Shown here piece after piece: positions 8,199 through 15,871 of a stretch of DNA of 15,871 bases. Origin of the DNA: Dehalococcoidia bacterium (lineage in GTDB: Bacteria; Chloroflexota; Dehalococcoidia; Lucifugimonadales; UBA3495); assembly GCA_030740155.1 (NCBI GenBank), contig JASLXV010000018.1:1-15871 (forward strand). Direction: 5' to 3'. The position numbers were made by a program, and so were the translations under genes. The first letter of the stretch is position 1, and each line of letters starts with the position of its first letter. The notes beneath the pieces were generated by a model. The model was not told the origin of the DNA. It did not search any database and saw only the letters and a list, made by a program, of their open reading frames with translations.

Positions 8199-9032
8199 TC
8201 AGTCGAACTTTTTCAGGCCGCTCAACTCCAGCGCTGCCAGGCTTATGAATTGGGGTGCATCGACGAAGACCCGCCTCCACACCCGCTTGGGTTCGCGGAG
8301 GAGCCGCCACAGCCACTCAAAGCCCCAATTGCGCAACCAGGTAGGGGCTCGCTCGACCTTGCCGCTATGGAACTTGAAAGCAGCCCCTACTCCAACTACC
8401 ACCGTGGCGTTTAACCGGTGGCGGTGTTCGGAAATCCATCTCTCCTGTTTGGGGGCCCCGAGGCCAACCCATAGTACGTCCGGGTGGGCTTCGTTGATGG
8501 CGGCGACGATCGCCTCATTCTCTTGGGAGGTCAGGGGCCGGAAGGGGGGTGAATGGAGCCCCACTATCTTGAGGCCGGGAAACGCCTCCGTCAGCTTTTC
8601 GGCCAAGGGTTGAAGCGTGTCTTCAGTATCACCAAAGATGAAATACCTGTAGCCCTTGTGGCCCGCCACCTCGCTGAAGTCCCACATCAATTGCGGTCCA
8701 GTGTTGCTCTTTCGCAGGGAATGGCCACGCAGGCGGGCTATCATGAGTACCAATACCCCGTCGGGTGCGAAGAGGTCCGCGGCGTTGAGGATTGCCTTGA
8801 ACTCCGGGTCCCTATGCCCCTCCATGATACCATGCATGCCGGTATTGACTACATGATGGCATCGCTGGTGGTCCGTCTCGATCCAGTGAGCCATGAGTTC
8901 CACCACCTGGGGGTTCTCGACGGCGTGCACCCGGGTGCCCAGAATCCTCATGAATGGGATTTGTTCGATGCTTCCTCCATTCGAATTTATCCCGCATTCG
9001 AATTTATCCCGGCTAAAGTTGCCCCGCGTCAC
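8199..9032 (-). CDS. WecB/TagA/CpsF family glycosyltransferase (GT26)
   Basis: RILGTRVHAV, ADLFAPDG, SPPFRPL, PDVLWVGLGAPKQERW, GVGAAF, RAPTWLRNWGFEWLWRLLREPKR. The start is uncertain: GTG 9032 (GTGA overlap with the upstream stop) or ATG 8951. Confidence 0.93.
   Translation of the reverse strand: MTRGNFSRDKFECGINSNGGSIEQIPFMRILGTRVHAVENPQVVELMAHWIETDHQRCHHVVNTGMHGIMEGHRDPEFKAILNAADLFAPDGVLVLMIARLRGHSLRKSNTGPQLMWDFSEVAGHKGYRYFIFGDTEDTLQPLAEKLTEAFPGLKIVGLHSPPFRPLTSQENEAIVAAINEAHPDVLWVGLGAPKQERWISEHRHRLNATVVVGVGAAFKFHSGKVERAPTWLRNWGFEWLWRLLREPKRVWRRVFVDAPQFISLAALELSGLKKFD
8978..9011. repeat. Perfect 17-bp tandem duplication (CATTCGAATTTATCCCG x2)
   Basis: 8978-8994 is identical to 8995-9011. 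Each copy contains the palindrome ATTCGAAT. Confidence 0.95.
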
Positions 9033-9940
9033 ATAGCATTCCACATCTTCCGGAGACCCTCCTCAAGGTTCGTCTTGGGACTCCAATCAATGGTAGCCTG
9101 TACTCGGCTGATATCGGCGATGAGGGCGGTTGGGGAGTTTTCGATGTTCTGTTCCAGGTCGACTATCTCGACTCCGCGCTCACCCGATGCTCCCACGGCT
9201 GCGGTGGCCACATCGGCGATTGACACAATGTGGCCCGAGCCGATGTTGAATACCGAATTCATGGCCGACGGAGACACCGCAAGTTTGAGCACGGCTTCAA
9301 TGCAGTCGTCGACGAAGAGTAGGTCTCTCATGATGGCCCCGTTGCGCACCACTATCCGGTGGTCCTCACTGATTTGGCGCAGTACTTGGGGCACGATGTA
9401 CATGGGGAGCTGGCCGGGGCCGAAGACGTTGAAGAACCGGACAATCGTGTAGTCTACGCCGATTCTCTTACACGAGAACTTTATGATCTGCTCCCCGAGG
9501 CTCTTGGTTTGAGGATACACCGACGTTAGGTCCGTCTCGGCATCCTCTCCAATCGGCGATCGCGATGCCTCATAAACGAGTGCCGTTGAAGGGAACAACA
9601 CTCGCTTCTTTATCTGGACATGCTGCAGCAGGTTGGCGGTGCCCAGGACGTTCGTCTCATACGTGTCTAGGGGGTACTTCTCCGCATAACCGGCGTTGGT
9701 GACCGCCGCCAGGTGAATCAGATAGTCTGCCTCGTAATTCCGGTTGAGGTGCCGCAGGTCGGCCCACTCGAACTCCACATTGGGAATATTCGCCGGTGGC
9801 TGGGCCCGGTCGATCACCAGTGTCTTGGCGTTCAACCGGCTCAAGGTTTGCACCATGTTGAAACCGATGAACCCGGATGCGCCGGTCACTATCACGCGTG
9901 CGTCACGGAAATCCTGTTCAAGGCCGCTCAAGCTGCTCAT
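9029..9940 (-). CDS. NAD(P)-dependent epimerase/dehydratase family SDR, possibly an NDP-4-keto-sugar reductase
   Basis: TGASGFIG, HLAA, NVLGTANLL, ST..VY, YPQTK (YxxxK), RFFNVFGPGQ, RDLLFVDD. ATGA overlap with the upstream methyltransferase at 9937-9940. Confidence 0.88.
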   Translation of the reverse strand: MSSLSGLEQDFRDARVIVTGASGFIGFNMVQTLSRLNAKTLVIDRAQPPANIPNVEFEWADLRHLNRNYEADYLIHLAAVTNAGYAEKYPLDTYETNVLGTANLLQHVQIKKRVLFPSTALVYEASRSPIGEDAETDLTSVYPQTKSLGEQIIKFSCKRIGVDYTIVRFFNVFGPGQLPMYIVPQVLRQISEDHRIVVRNGAIMRDLLFVDDCIEAVLKLAVSPSAMNSVFNIGSGHIVSIADVATAAVGASGERGVEIVDLEQNIENSPTALIADISRVQATIDWSPKTNLEEGLRKMWNAM

Positions 9941-11199
9941 TCGATCACCTTTGGTTCGGGCACCGGCAGGATAAACTTGCCCTTGTAACCCATTTCACGA
10001 TACTTCGGCATAATATATTCAGCCATGTTCCACGAGAGAAGCAAGGCGTAATCCGGTGGCTCTTTGAAGAAGATTTCTTCGTCGACCACCGGGATGCCAA
10101 CACCCGGAGCCAGTGTCCCCACTTTCAGGGGATTGACTTCCGCCAGGTACTCCACCAGGTCCGGCGTGATACCGTAATAGTTCAGCAACGTGGAGGACTT
10201 CATGGGCGCCCCGATTCCGACGACCCTTTTCCCGGTCGACTTCAGCTCGTACAACAGGTTCAGCAGACGGGTCTTGTTCCCCAGCATTACCAGCTTCATG
10301 GCCCGCAAGGACTGGACAACGTCCATCTGCCGCTCTTCCCGCATCAGCGACTTCAGGTTGCTTGATTGACTCTCTGGGTTTCGGCTGGCGTACCCCAGAA
10401 TCGATCCTCCGTAGAAATCGGTTTCCTCGGCGTCGGTGATGTATAGGCCGTGCCGTTCGAAGAGCTTCATCAGGCTGTTCAGGGTATAGTACCTCAAATG
10501 CTCGTGGTAGATCGTGTCGAACGCGAACTGGCGGATCAGCTCGATTAGCCAGTGAGACGAGCTTGCGAACACGGTATTCGGTCCCATAAGCGCCGCTACT
10601 TCGGGCAGAAAGTCGTGAATGTTGTCCGTGTGCGCCAGTACGTTCATGGCTATGATCAGCCGTATCTCCGCCTCCGGCGGAAGGTGCTGCCTGACATCGG
10701 AGGACGTACCTTTACCGAAAAAATAGGGCAGTGTGGGGATGCCGGCTTCTATCGCGACTTCCGATGCGCGCTCGGCGCCCTCCACTCCCAGCACGTTGAG
10801 GCCGTGGGACTGCAGGGACTTCAGGAATGTCCCATCGTTTGAACCGATTTCGACCACTATGTCGCCCGGGCCCAGGTCGAATCGAGCAACGAACGCGGCG
10901 GCCATCTTGTCGTAGAAATCCACGAGGGACCTACTCGATCCCGTCAGATAGGTGTATTGCTCCCCAAAGGTCTCCCTGGTTGGGAGGACGTAGCCCAACT
11001 GGACCAGCGAACATTGAGGGCAATAGTACAAGCACAACGGGTGGAAGACCTGAGGCCGGTTGGCTTCACTGACCGGCGAAAACCCGTTGCACAAGGGTTG
11101 ATAGCCGAGGTCCAGGACGCTTTCCAGATTGTCGAGGCCGCAAACCTGGCATTTCAGAGCCTGATGTGTGTTCGATTGGCTATCGGGCGTGCAACCCAA
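9937..11199 (-). CDS. SAM-dependent NDP-sugar C-methyltransferase (Zn-binding, TcaB9/TylC3-like)
   Basis: N-terminal CQVC...LDLGYQPL...CPQCSLVQL Zn site, VEIGSNDG SAM motif, NVLAH, FDTIYHEHLRYY, GAPMKSSTLLNYYG, LLLSWN..GKFILPVP. A GGAGG RBS at 11207-11211 sits 7 nt before the TTG start. Confidence 0.92.
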   Translation of the reverse strand: MGCTPDSQSNTHQALKCQVCGLDNLESVLDLGYQPLCNGFSPVSEANRPQVFHPLCLYYCPQCSLVQLGYVLPTRETFGEQYTYLTGSSRSLVDFYDKMAAAFVARFDLGPGDIVVEIGSNDGTFLKSLQSHGLNVLGVEGAERASEVAIEAGIPTLPYFFGKGTSSDVRQHLPPEAEIRLIIAMNVLAHTDNIHDFLPEVAALMGPNTVFASSSHWLIELIRQFAFDTIYHEHLRYYTLNSLMKLFERHGLYITDAEETDFYGGSILGYASRNPESQSSNLKSLMREERQMDVVQSLRAMKLVMLGNKTRLLNLLYELKSTGKRVVGIGAPMKSSTLLNYYGITPDLVEYLAEVNPLKVGTLAPGVGIPVVDEEIFFKEPPDYALLLSWNMAEYIMPKYREMGYKGKFILPVPEPKVIE

Positions 11200-11409
11200 G
11201 GTGAAACCTCCAGAGACTCGAGACGGGTGATATCCGTATGGCGAGGCGCAAATACCGCGCCAAACTTCTTGGTGAAGACCGATGGGGCCGGAGGGTCACC
11301 GGGGAAGACTGCGTCCTTATGGCGCCCGTACAGCCCGCGAGCCCGACGCCGTGGAAGATCCAGCGTCACGGGTTCCGGAACTTGGGGACTTGGGTGGAAA
11401 CAGCGTCCC

Positions 11410-13302
11410 TCAAGACTTCCCGCTCCCCCCTTCTTCCCCGGCATAATTATGAATCACCAACGTTAGGTAGAGCAAGAAGGGAGCCAGCAGGAGCCAGTCA
11501 ACCCCAAAGAAGGACCCGGGGGATTCGGTGAAGGTGCGGACCGAGAAAAATGCGATTATCCCCGCCGTTTGGATGGTCAAGTGCCTATCAGTCGTGGAAA
11601 AACGGGAGAGATTTCGAACGGCCTTGACCAGCAAGTACCAGCTGAGCAACAGGGCGGCTACGAGTGGAATCGTCCCAAGAAAGCCCGTTTGGACCAGGGC
11701 TTGCATGAATGAGTTATGCATGTGGGTCCCAAATTTTAGCCGGTCAGCGTGAAACCCGTAACCCACAACGGGAGATTCCTTGAAGAGTGTCCAACCGTCT
11801 GCCCAAACCGCCGTCCGCCCGGTAAACTCGAAGAAGCTCTCCGGGATGAATCCCAACACTCGGGGGTCCGGATTAGTTTGCGGCGGCGGTGGCGGCGTTG
11901 CTTCTTCACTCGCCCGCGTCTCTCGAGGGTCCGGCGGCGGCACAGCCGGACCGGACGCGGCCACCGCCGGTGGTTGAGTTGGCGGGGGCGCACTTGGTTC
12001 GGTTTCCTGCGCCGGCAGGGGCGGAACCGACTCCGATGCCTGCGCCGGCAGGGGCGGAACCGACTCCGATGCCTCCGCCGGCAGGGGCGGAACCGACTCC
12101 GATGCCTCCGCCGGCAGGGGCGGAACCGACTCCGATGCCTGCGCCGGCAGGGGCGGAACCGACTCCGATGCCTCCGCCGGCAGGGGCGGAACCGACTCCG
12201 ATGCCTGCGCCGGCACTTCGAACTGTGTTGCGGGCTCCACTACCGGCCGTGATGTTACGCTCTGGTTGACCCACTTGCGGAACATGCAGGTTTTCAGGAA
12301 GTCCTGTCCCGTGTCGGTGAACGCTACCAGGGGGCCGAACAGAACCAGGGCGATGGCCCCCGCCACTACCGCCTTTCGTCCGGCGTAGAGCAGGAGCATC
12401 AGAGACGCCGCCAATCCGAAGCCAGCCATTGAAGTCCTGGCGCCGCTGGTCGTCAGCAACACGATGGAAACCAACAGGACAGGGATCCACAAGAACCGCC
12501 CGGTTCTTGTGAACATTCCGCTCACGGCGATCAACGCTGCCAAAGCGGCCAATCGTCCAACCCCGGTGGGTCGGAGTAGCTCCCGGGTCAGTGGCAGCCA
12601 GGGCTTGTCGAGGTTGCAATTCGGCCAGGCCGAAGGGTCCAGGATCACGGAGCCCAGTTCCAGGTAGAGGAGGGCTGCCACGAAAAGCAACCCTATCGAC
12701 AGGAGAAGGAAAACTCGGATAAGTTTGACAATCCGGCGCGAATAGGTCAGGCCGCCGCTTCCCAAGGCGCCGGCCCAAAGAACGAGAGGGACTGAAAGAT
12801 ACGAGGCCGCCCAGTATATCGCCATCGGCTTGTTTGTCGACATAGCCATGGAGGCGAAGAGCCCGGCCAGACCGTACAAGGCGGTGAGACCAAGAGGACC
12901 GAGGAAAAGGAACCGTTGCTGGCGTAGCTGGCGCGACTTCAAGAAAACGTACAACACGGCCGCGGAAATGGTCACCAGGGGAATGATGGGGGCATTCCCA
13001 CGGACAACGCCCGCGGCGCCCAGGATGTACAAGCCGACGAGCCCTAGAGGACCGAGGATAAGGAACCGTTTTGGGCGCAGCTGCCCCGACTTATAGAGGA
13101 TGAACAGCCCAGCCAGGGAAGCGGCCACCAGGGGGATAGCGGCGCGAATCCCATGGAAAAATCCCCCGGCACTTTGTGGATCAAAGACCTGTCTGGCATT
13201 CCCTCCGGCCAGACTAAGCCAAAGAATCCCCCAGAGCCCGACCGGCAGAAAAGCGACCGCGTAGGAACGCAGGCCCCGTGCAAATTCAAGCATCGGGCTC
13301 AA
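11410..13302 (-). CDS. O-antigen ligase/polymerase (Wzy_C) family membrane protein with Pro-rich repeat insert
   Basis: Multiple TMs, TTSGARTS, FTGRTAVW..G..LFKESPVVGYGF, THMHNSFMQALVQTGFLG. Start is TTG 13302 or ATG 13293. Confidence 0.88.
   Translation of the reverse strand: MSPMLEFARGLRSYAVAFLPVGLWGILWLSLAGGNARQVFDPQSAGGFFHGIRAAIPLVAASLAGLFILYKSGQLRPKRFLILGPLGLVGLYILGAAGVVRGNAPIIPLVTISAAVLYVFLKSRQLRQQRFLFLGPLGLTALYGLAGLFASMAMSTNKPMAIYWAASYLSVPLVLWAGALGSGGLTYSRRIVKLIRVFLLLSIGLLFVAALLYLELGSVILDPSAWPNCNLDKPWLPLTRELLRPTGVGRLAALAALIAVSGMFTRTGRFLWIPVLLVSIVLLTTSGARTSMAGFGLAASLMLLLYAGRKAVVAGAIALVLFGPLVAFTDTGQDFLKTCMFRKWVNQSVTSRPVVEPATQFEVPAQASESVPPLPAEASESVPPLPAQASESVPPLPAEASESVPPLPAEASESVPPLPAQASESVPPLPAQETEPSAPPPTQPPAVAASGPAVPPPDPRETRASEEATPPPPPQTNPDPRVLGFIPESFFEFTGRTAVWADGWTLFKESPVVGYGFHADRLKFGTHMHNSFMQALVQTGFLGTIPLVAALLLSWYLLVKAVRNLSRFSTTDRHLTIQTAGIIAFFSVRTFTESPGSFFGVDWLLLAPFLLYLTLVIHNYAGEEGGSGKS
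12006..12215. repeat. 33-bp coding tandem repeat, 6 full copies plus 12 bp, encoding A(Q/E)ASESVPPLP
   Basis: The unit CCT(G/C)CGCCGGCAGGGGCGGAACCGACTCCGATG starts at 12006, 12039, 12072, 12105, 12138 and 12171, with a partial copy at 12204. Only one position varies. Confidence 0.97.
12874..13137 (-). repeat. Degenerate internal duplication with 153-bp (51-aa) period in the ligase N-terminus
   Basis: IPLVAASLAGLFILYKSGQLRPKRFLILGPLGLVGLY (13027-13137) vs IPLVTISAAVLYVFLKSRQLRQQRFLFLGPLGLTALY (12874-12984). The DNA similarity is also visible (agaggaccgagga.aaggaaccgtt). Confidence 0.9.
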
Positions 13303-13308
13303 CTATGC

Positions 13309-14571
13309 CTATCTGGTCGCGCCATCACCCAGAGCGCGTCCATAGATCTCCATTAACCGCTCGCCCAGCCGATCCCAGTGGTACAGCCGCTCGGCCCTCT
13401 GGCGGGCCGCCACGCCCGATTTGGTACGCAAATCTTCGTCCAAGTAGAGGCGCTCCAGGGCATCCGCGAGTTCATCGACGGCAAGCTGGGGAGTCCGGGG
13501 TGTGATCTTCTGGCCGCACTCCTCGGAAATGTGCGTTCCGGGCCCGCCGGTGTCCAGGCAAACGACGGGTTTCCCCACCGACATGGCTTCGATGGCCACC
13601 GTGCCTCCGCCGTCCCGCAGGCTGGGAAACAGAAAGACATCAGAAGCCGCCATCTTTAGCAGCAGTTGGTCTCGCGGCATGGCCGGCAGGAAATGGATCT
13701 TGGTTCCCAATTGGGCCTGGTGGGCCAGGGCACGGAGCCTGGGCTCCTCGGGCCCGCTGCCGACGATACTGAACTCGGCTTCCGGATACCTGTCCAGGAA
13801 CCCTTTGAACGCTTTGATGGCCAGACCGAACCCCTTGACCCGCAACAGGGAGCCTGCCGAAAGAATTTGAAACCGGCCGTCGTTGGATTTTGCCGGGGTC
13901 TCCAGCGCCAGATCGCCGGAGGAGACGCCGCTGACTGGAAAAAGGTAGCTCTTGTCGCTCCACTTCTTGGGCAGGCTGGCGACGGACTCCCGGTTGCAAA
14001 CGAGTAGGGCGCGGGCCCGAGCCTGTCCCTTTATGAACAATGGGTCATGGCGAAAAAGCCATTGACTCACTCCCCGGACTTTTTCCCACAGCCGCCCGCC
14101 GAGAGGATACTCCCGCTCGAAACCTTTGGGTGTCCGGTGGGCCCCTCCGCCAGGTCCCCGGATATAAGGAACCGGCAGCAGCGCCCCGATAAAGCTCACC
14201 ATCCAGTCGTTGGCGTAGGTGATGTGGTGGAAGAGGTCAAATCCGACATCCCTCTGAAGCCTTCGGGCGGTAAAGTACGCTTTGATTTGCCAGAGATAGT
14301 AGTAGAACTGGTGGCCTCCTTGATACTTCAAAAGGGGCCGTAACCACGAAGGCAGGCCAACGTAGCAGAAATGAATGTTGCGGACCGGCTCCTCGGCCAG
14401 GGCTTGCTCAATACTCCGGCAGTCCTCGGCGTGGGTGAAGGTCCAGACTTCGTGGAACCGGGCGATCTGATTGATCAGGTTCCAGCCAAGCACGTCTTCT
14501 CCGCCGGTGAATCCTGGTTGGCCCGGGGGGCAGCAGGTGAACGCGCAGGTTAAGACCCGAAGCCTTCTCAT
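13309..14571 (-). CDS. GT4 family (GT-B) glycosyltransferase
   Basis: GEDVLGWN N-terminal motif, FDLFHHITY, SAGSLLRVKG, IVGSGPE, SDVFLFPSLRDGGGTVAIEAMSVGKPVVCLDTGGPG. ATG 14571 overlaps the FkbM stop (ATGA). Confidence 0.93.
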   Translation of the reverse strand: MRRLRVLTCAFTCCPPGQPGFTGGEDVLGWNLINQIARFHEVWTFTHAEDCRSIEQALAEEPVRNIHFCYVGLPSWLRPLLKYQGGHQFYYYLWQIKAYFTARRLQRDVGFDLFHHITYANDWMVSFIGALLPVPYIRGPGGGAHRTPKGFEREYPLGGRLWEKVRGVSQWLFRHDPLFIKGQARARALLVCNRESVASLPKKWSDKSYLFPVSGVSSGDLALETPAKSNDGRFQILSAGSLLRVKGFGLAIKAFKGFLDRYPEAEFSIVGSGPEEPRLRALAHQAQLGTKIHFLPAMPRDQLLLKMAASDVFLFPSLRDGGGTVAIEAMSVGKPVVCLDTGGPGTHISEECGQKITPRTPQLAVDELADALERLYLDEDLRTKSGVAARQRAERLYHWDRLGERLMEIYGRALGDGATR

Positions 14572-15464
14572 CGCTTCGTGCAATAGAGGTTTACCGAGGT
14601 TTCGCTGGCCTGCAACCGCTCCACCAGCGCGGGCACGTCAATGGCCTCTCGGGGCAGCAGGCCCCCCTTTTCGTCAATACACGAGGCCTCATAATTCAGG
14701 GAAGACAGCCGGTTGAAAAGCTCCACCGGGTCCACTCCCGCATTCCGCAGGAGGCTGGGGTTGAATTCCACTATGAGCCGTAACCGGTCCGACCTCTGCA
14801 AGAGTTGCTCCATCCCGGCCAAAACGTCCATCTCTGCCCCTTCCACATCCACCTTGACGAGGTCCACGGGAGGCCAGCCTTCGGATTCGAGAAAAGCGTC
14901 GAGGGATGTTGTTTCAACCACCTCGCTCCCGGTCTGAGTCGATTCGTGGCGATAGGTGCTGTGCCGGCCATTATCCAGCGAGGTCAAATATAGGGTTGAG
15001 GAGCCCACCCGGTTGGAGACGGCTTTTCTCAGTGGCACGATGTTGTCGTATCCGTTTAGTTCGGCGTTCTTGACCAGCAGGCTGTGGTTAGCCGGCTCCG
15101 GTTCGAAGGCGTATACTTTGCCCGCCGGTCCGGCCTTCCTAGCCGCGAGCAAGGAATAGTACCCGACGTGGGCGCCCACGTCGATAACCACTGTCCCCGG
15201 TTCAATTATGCTCTGGAACAAGCTGGTGGTCTCTTGCTCGTATCTTCCCATCGCCATGTCCAGGGGTGGATATCGGCCCTGGGACGCAAGAAACATTCTG
15301 TGCCCCTGGACCTCAACTTCGTCGCCGGCGCTCTGCAAGGTTCTGAAGACGAGCCGCCCCGCCAATGGCCCAATCAGCTTGCGCACCGGTTTGATTAGCC
15401 CGGTGGCCCGGACCACAGAGCGGGCCATAGAATAGGCCCGGTAAGCTAGTTTGTTTGCTGGCAT
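14568..15464 (-). CDS. FkbM family SAM-dependent methyltransferase
   Basis: GRYEQETT, VVIDVGAHVGYYSL, KVYAFEPEP, VDLVKVDVEGAEMDVLAG, LIVEFNP. Confidence 0.93.
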   Translation of the reverse strand: MPANKLAYRAYSMARSVVRATGLIKPVRKLIGPLAGRLVFRTLQSAGDEVEVQGHRMFLASQGRYPPLDMAMGRYEQETTSLFQSIIEPGTVVIDVGAHVGYYSLLAARKAGPAGKVYAFEPEPANHSLLVKNAELNGYDNIVPLRKAVSNRVGSSTLYLTSLDNGRHSTYRHESTQTGSEVVETTSLDAFLESEGWPPVDLVKVDVEGAEMDVLAGMEQLLQRSDRLRLIVEFNPSLLRNAGVDPVELFNRLSSLNYEASCIDEKGGLLPREAIDVPALVERLQASETSVNLYCTKR

Positions 15465-15593
15465 CTTGCTCTAAAGCTCCGGGCGTTCAAGTATGGCTTG
15501 GACGAGGACAGCAGACGCGGTGCCCGATTTGCTGGAGCGCCACGAAGGGTTTCGCCGGGCTTTTCCTCACTTCTTGGAGTAGACATAATCAAG

Positions 15594-15871
15594 TTAGGCG
15601 TCCAGGGATCCTGGCAAATCTCTTTCCGCCCATCCGGTGATCATTTTCAATGATATGATTCCCATCAACGTCCTCTTGTCCTCAGGCAAATCCATCAGCT
15701 GATCGATGCGTTCGGCCAGCATCTCCACGTCTCCCGCGGGAAACCGGTAGCCGTTGTGGCCGTCACGCACCTGGTCTCTCCCGGCCCCAACTTGGTCCGA
15801 AACGATTACCGGGAGGCGGAAGCACAAGGCCTCGTTGACGACGATGCCCCAGGTCTCCCGATGGGACGGAA
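15594..15871 (-). CDS. C-terminal part of a GT4 glycosyltransferase (5'-partial)
   Basis: The frame is open from the window edge: PSHRETWGIVVNEALCFRLPVIVSDQVGAGRDQVRDGHNGYRFPAGD, with the EX7E motif. Confidence 0.88.
   Translation of the reverse strand, partial: PSHRETWGIVVNEALCFRLPVIVSDQVGAGRDQVRDGHNGYRFPAGDVEMLAERIDQLMDLPEDKRTLMGIISLKMITGWAERDLPGSLDA

Noticed and set aside
11154..11444. 96-aa minus-strand ORF spanning the ligase/methyltransferase gap
   Set aside because: It overlaps both neighbouring genes out of frame and has no motif. The downstream gene has its own strong GGAGG RBS.
12006..12215. CRISPR array
   Set aside because: The 33-bp units are directly adjacent with no unique spacers, keep the frame within a CDS, and no cas genes are present.
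12366..12373. ops/JUMPstart-like GGCGGTAG on the minus strand (also near 2967-2974)
   Set aside because: It lies inside coding sequence (Ala-Val codons), lacks the downstream nnTG of the ops consensus and is not in a leader.

Overview
This GC-rich bacterial window is one co-directional (minus-strand) cell-surface glycan biosynthesis locus. In transcription order it carries: a partial GT4 glycosyltransferase, an FkbM-family methyltransferase, a GT4 glycosyltransferase, an O-antigen ligase/Wzy_C-family membrane protein with a 33-bp tandem-repeat insert, a Zn-binding NDP-sugar C-methyltransferase, an SDR epimerase/reductase, a WecB/TagA/CpsF glycosyltransferase, a GDP-mannose 3,5-epimerase-like SDR, a small phosphoglycosyl transferase and an AftB-like GT-C membrane protein. 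After a ~615-bp gap follows a very large gene that the ORF track misses because it runs off the window. It has at least 1232 codons and encodes an O-antigen-ligase/O-oligosaccharyltransferase-like membrane domain fused to a long TPR array with an 852-bp-period internal duplication. My inference is a lipid-carrier-based pathway that makes a methyl-branched, possibly L-sugar-containing glycan, perhaps for protein or S-layer glycosylation. The style suggests Chloroflexota, but that is not established. I saw no RNA genes, CRISPR arrays or mobile elements. All family calls come from motif recognition by eye, with no database search.
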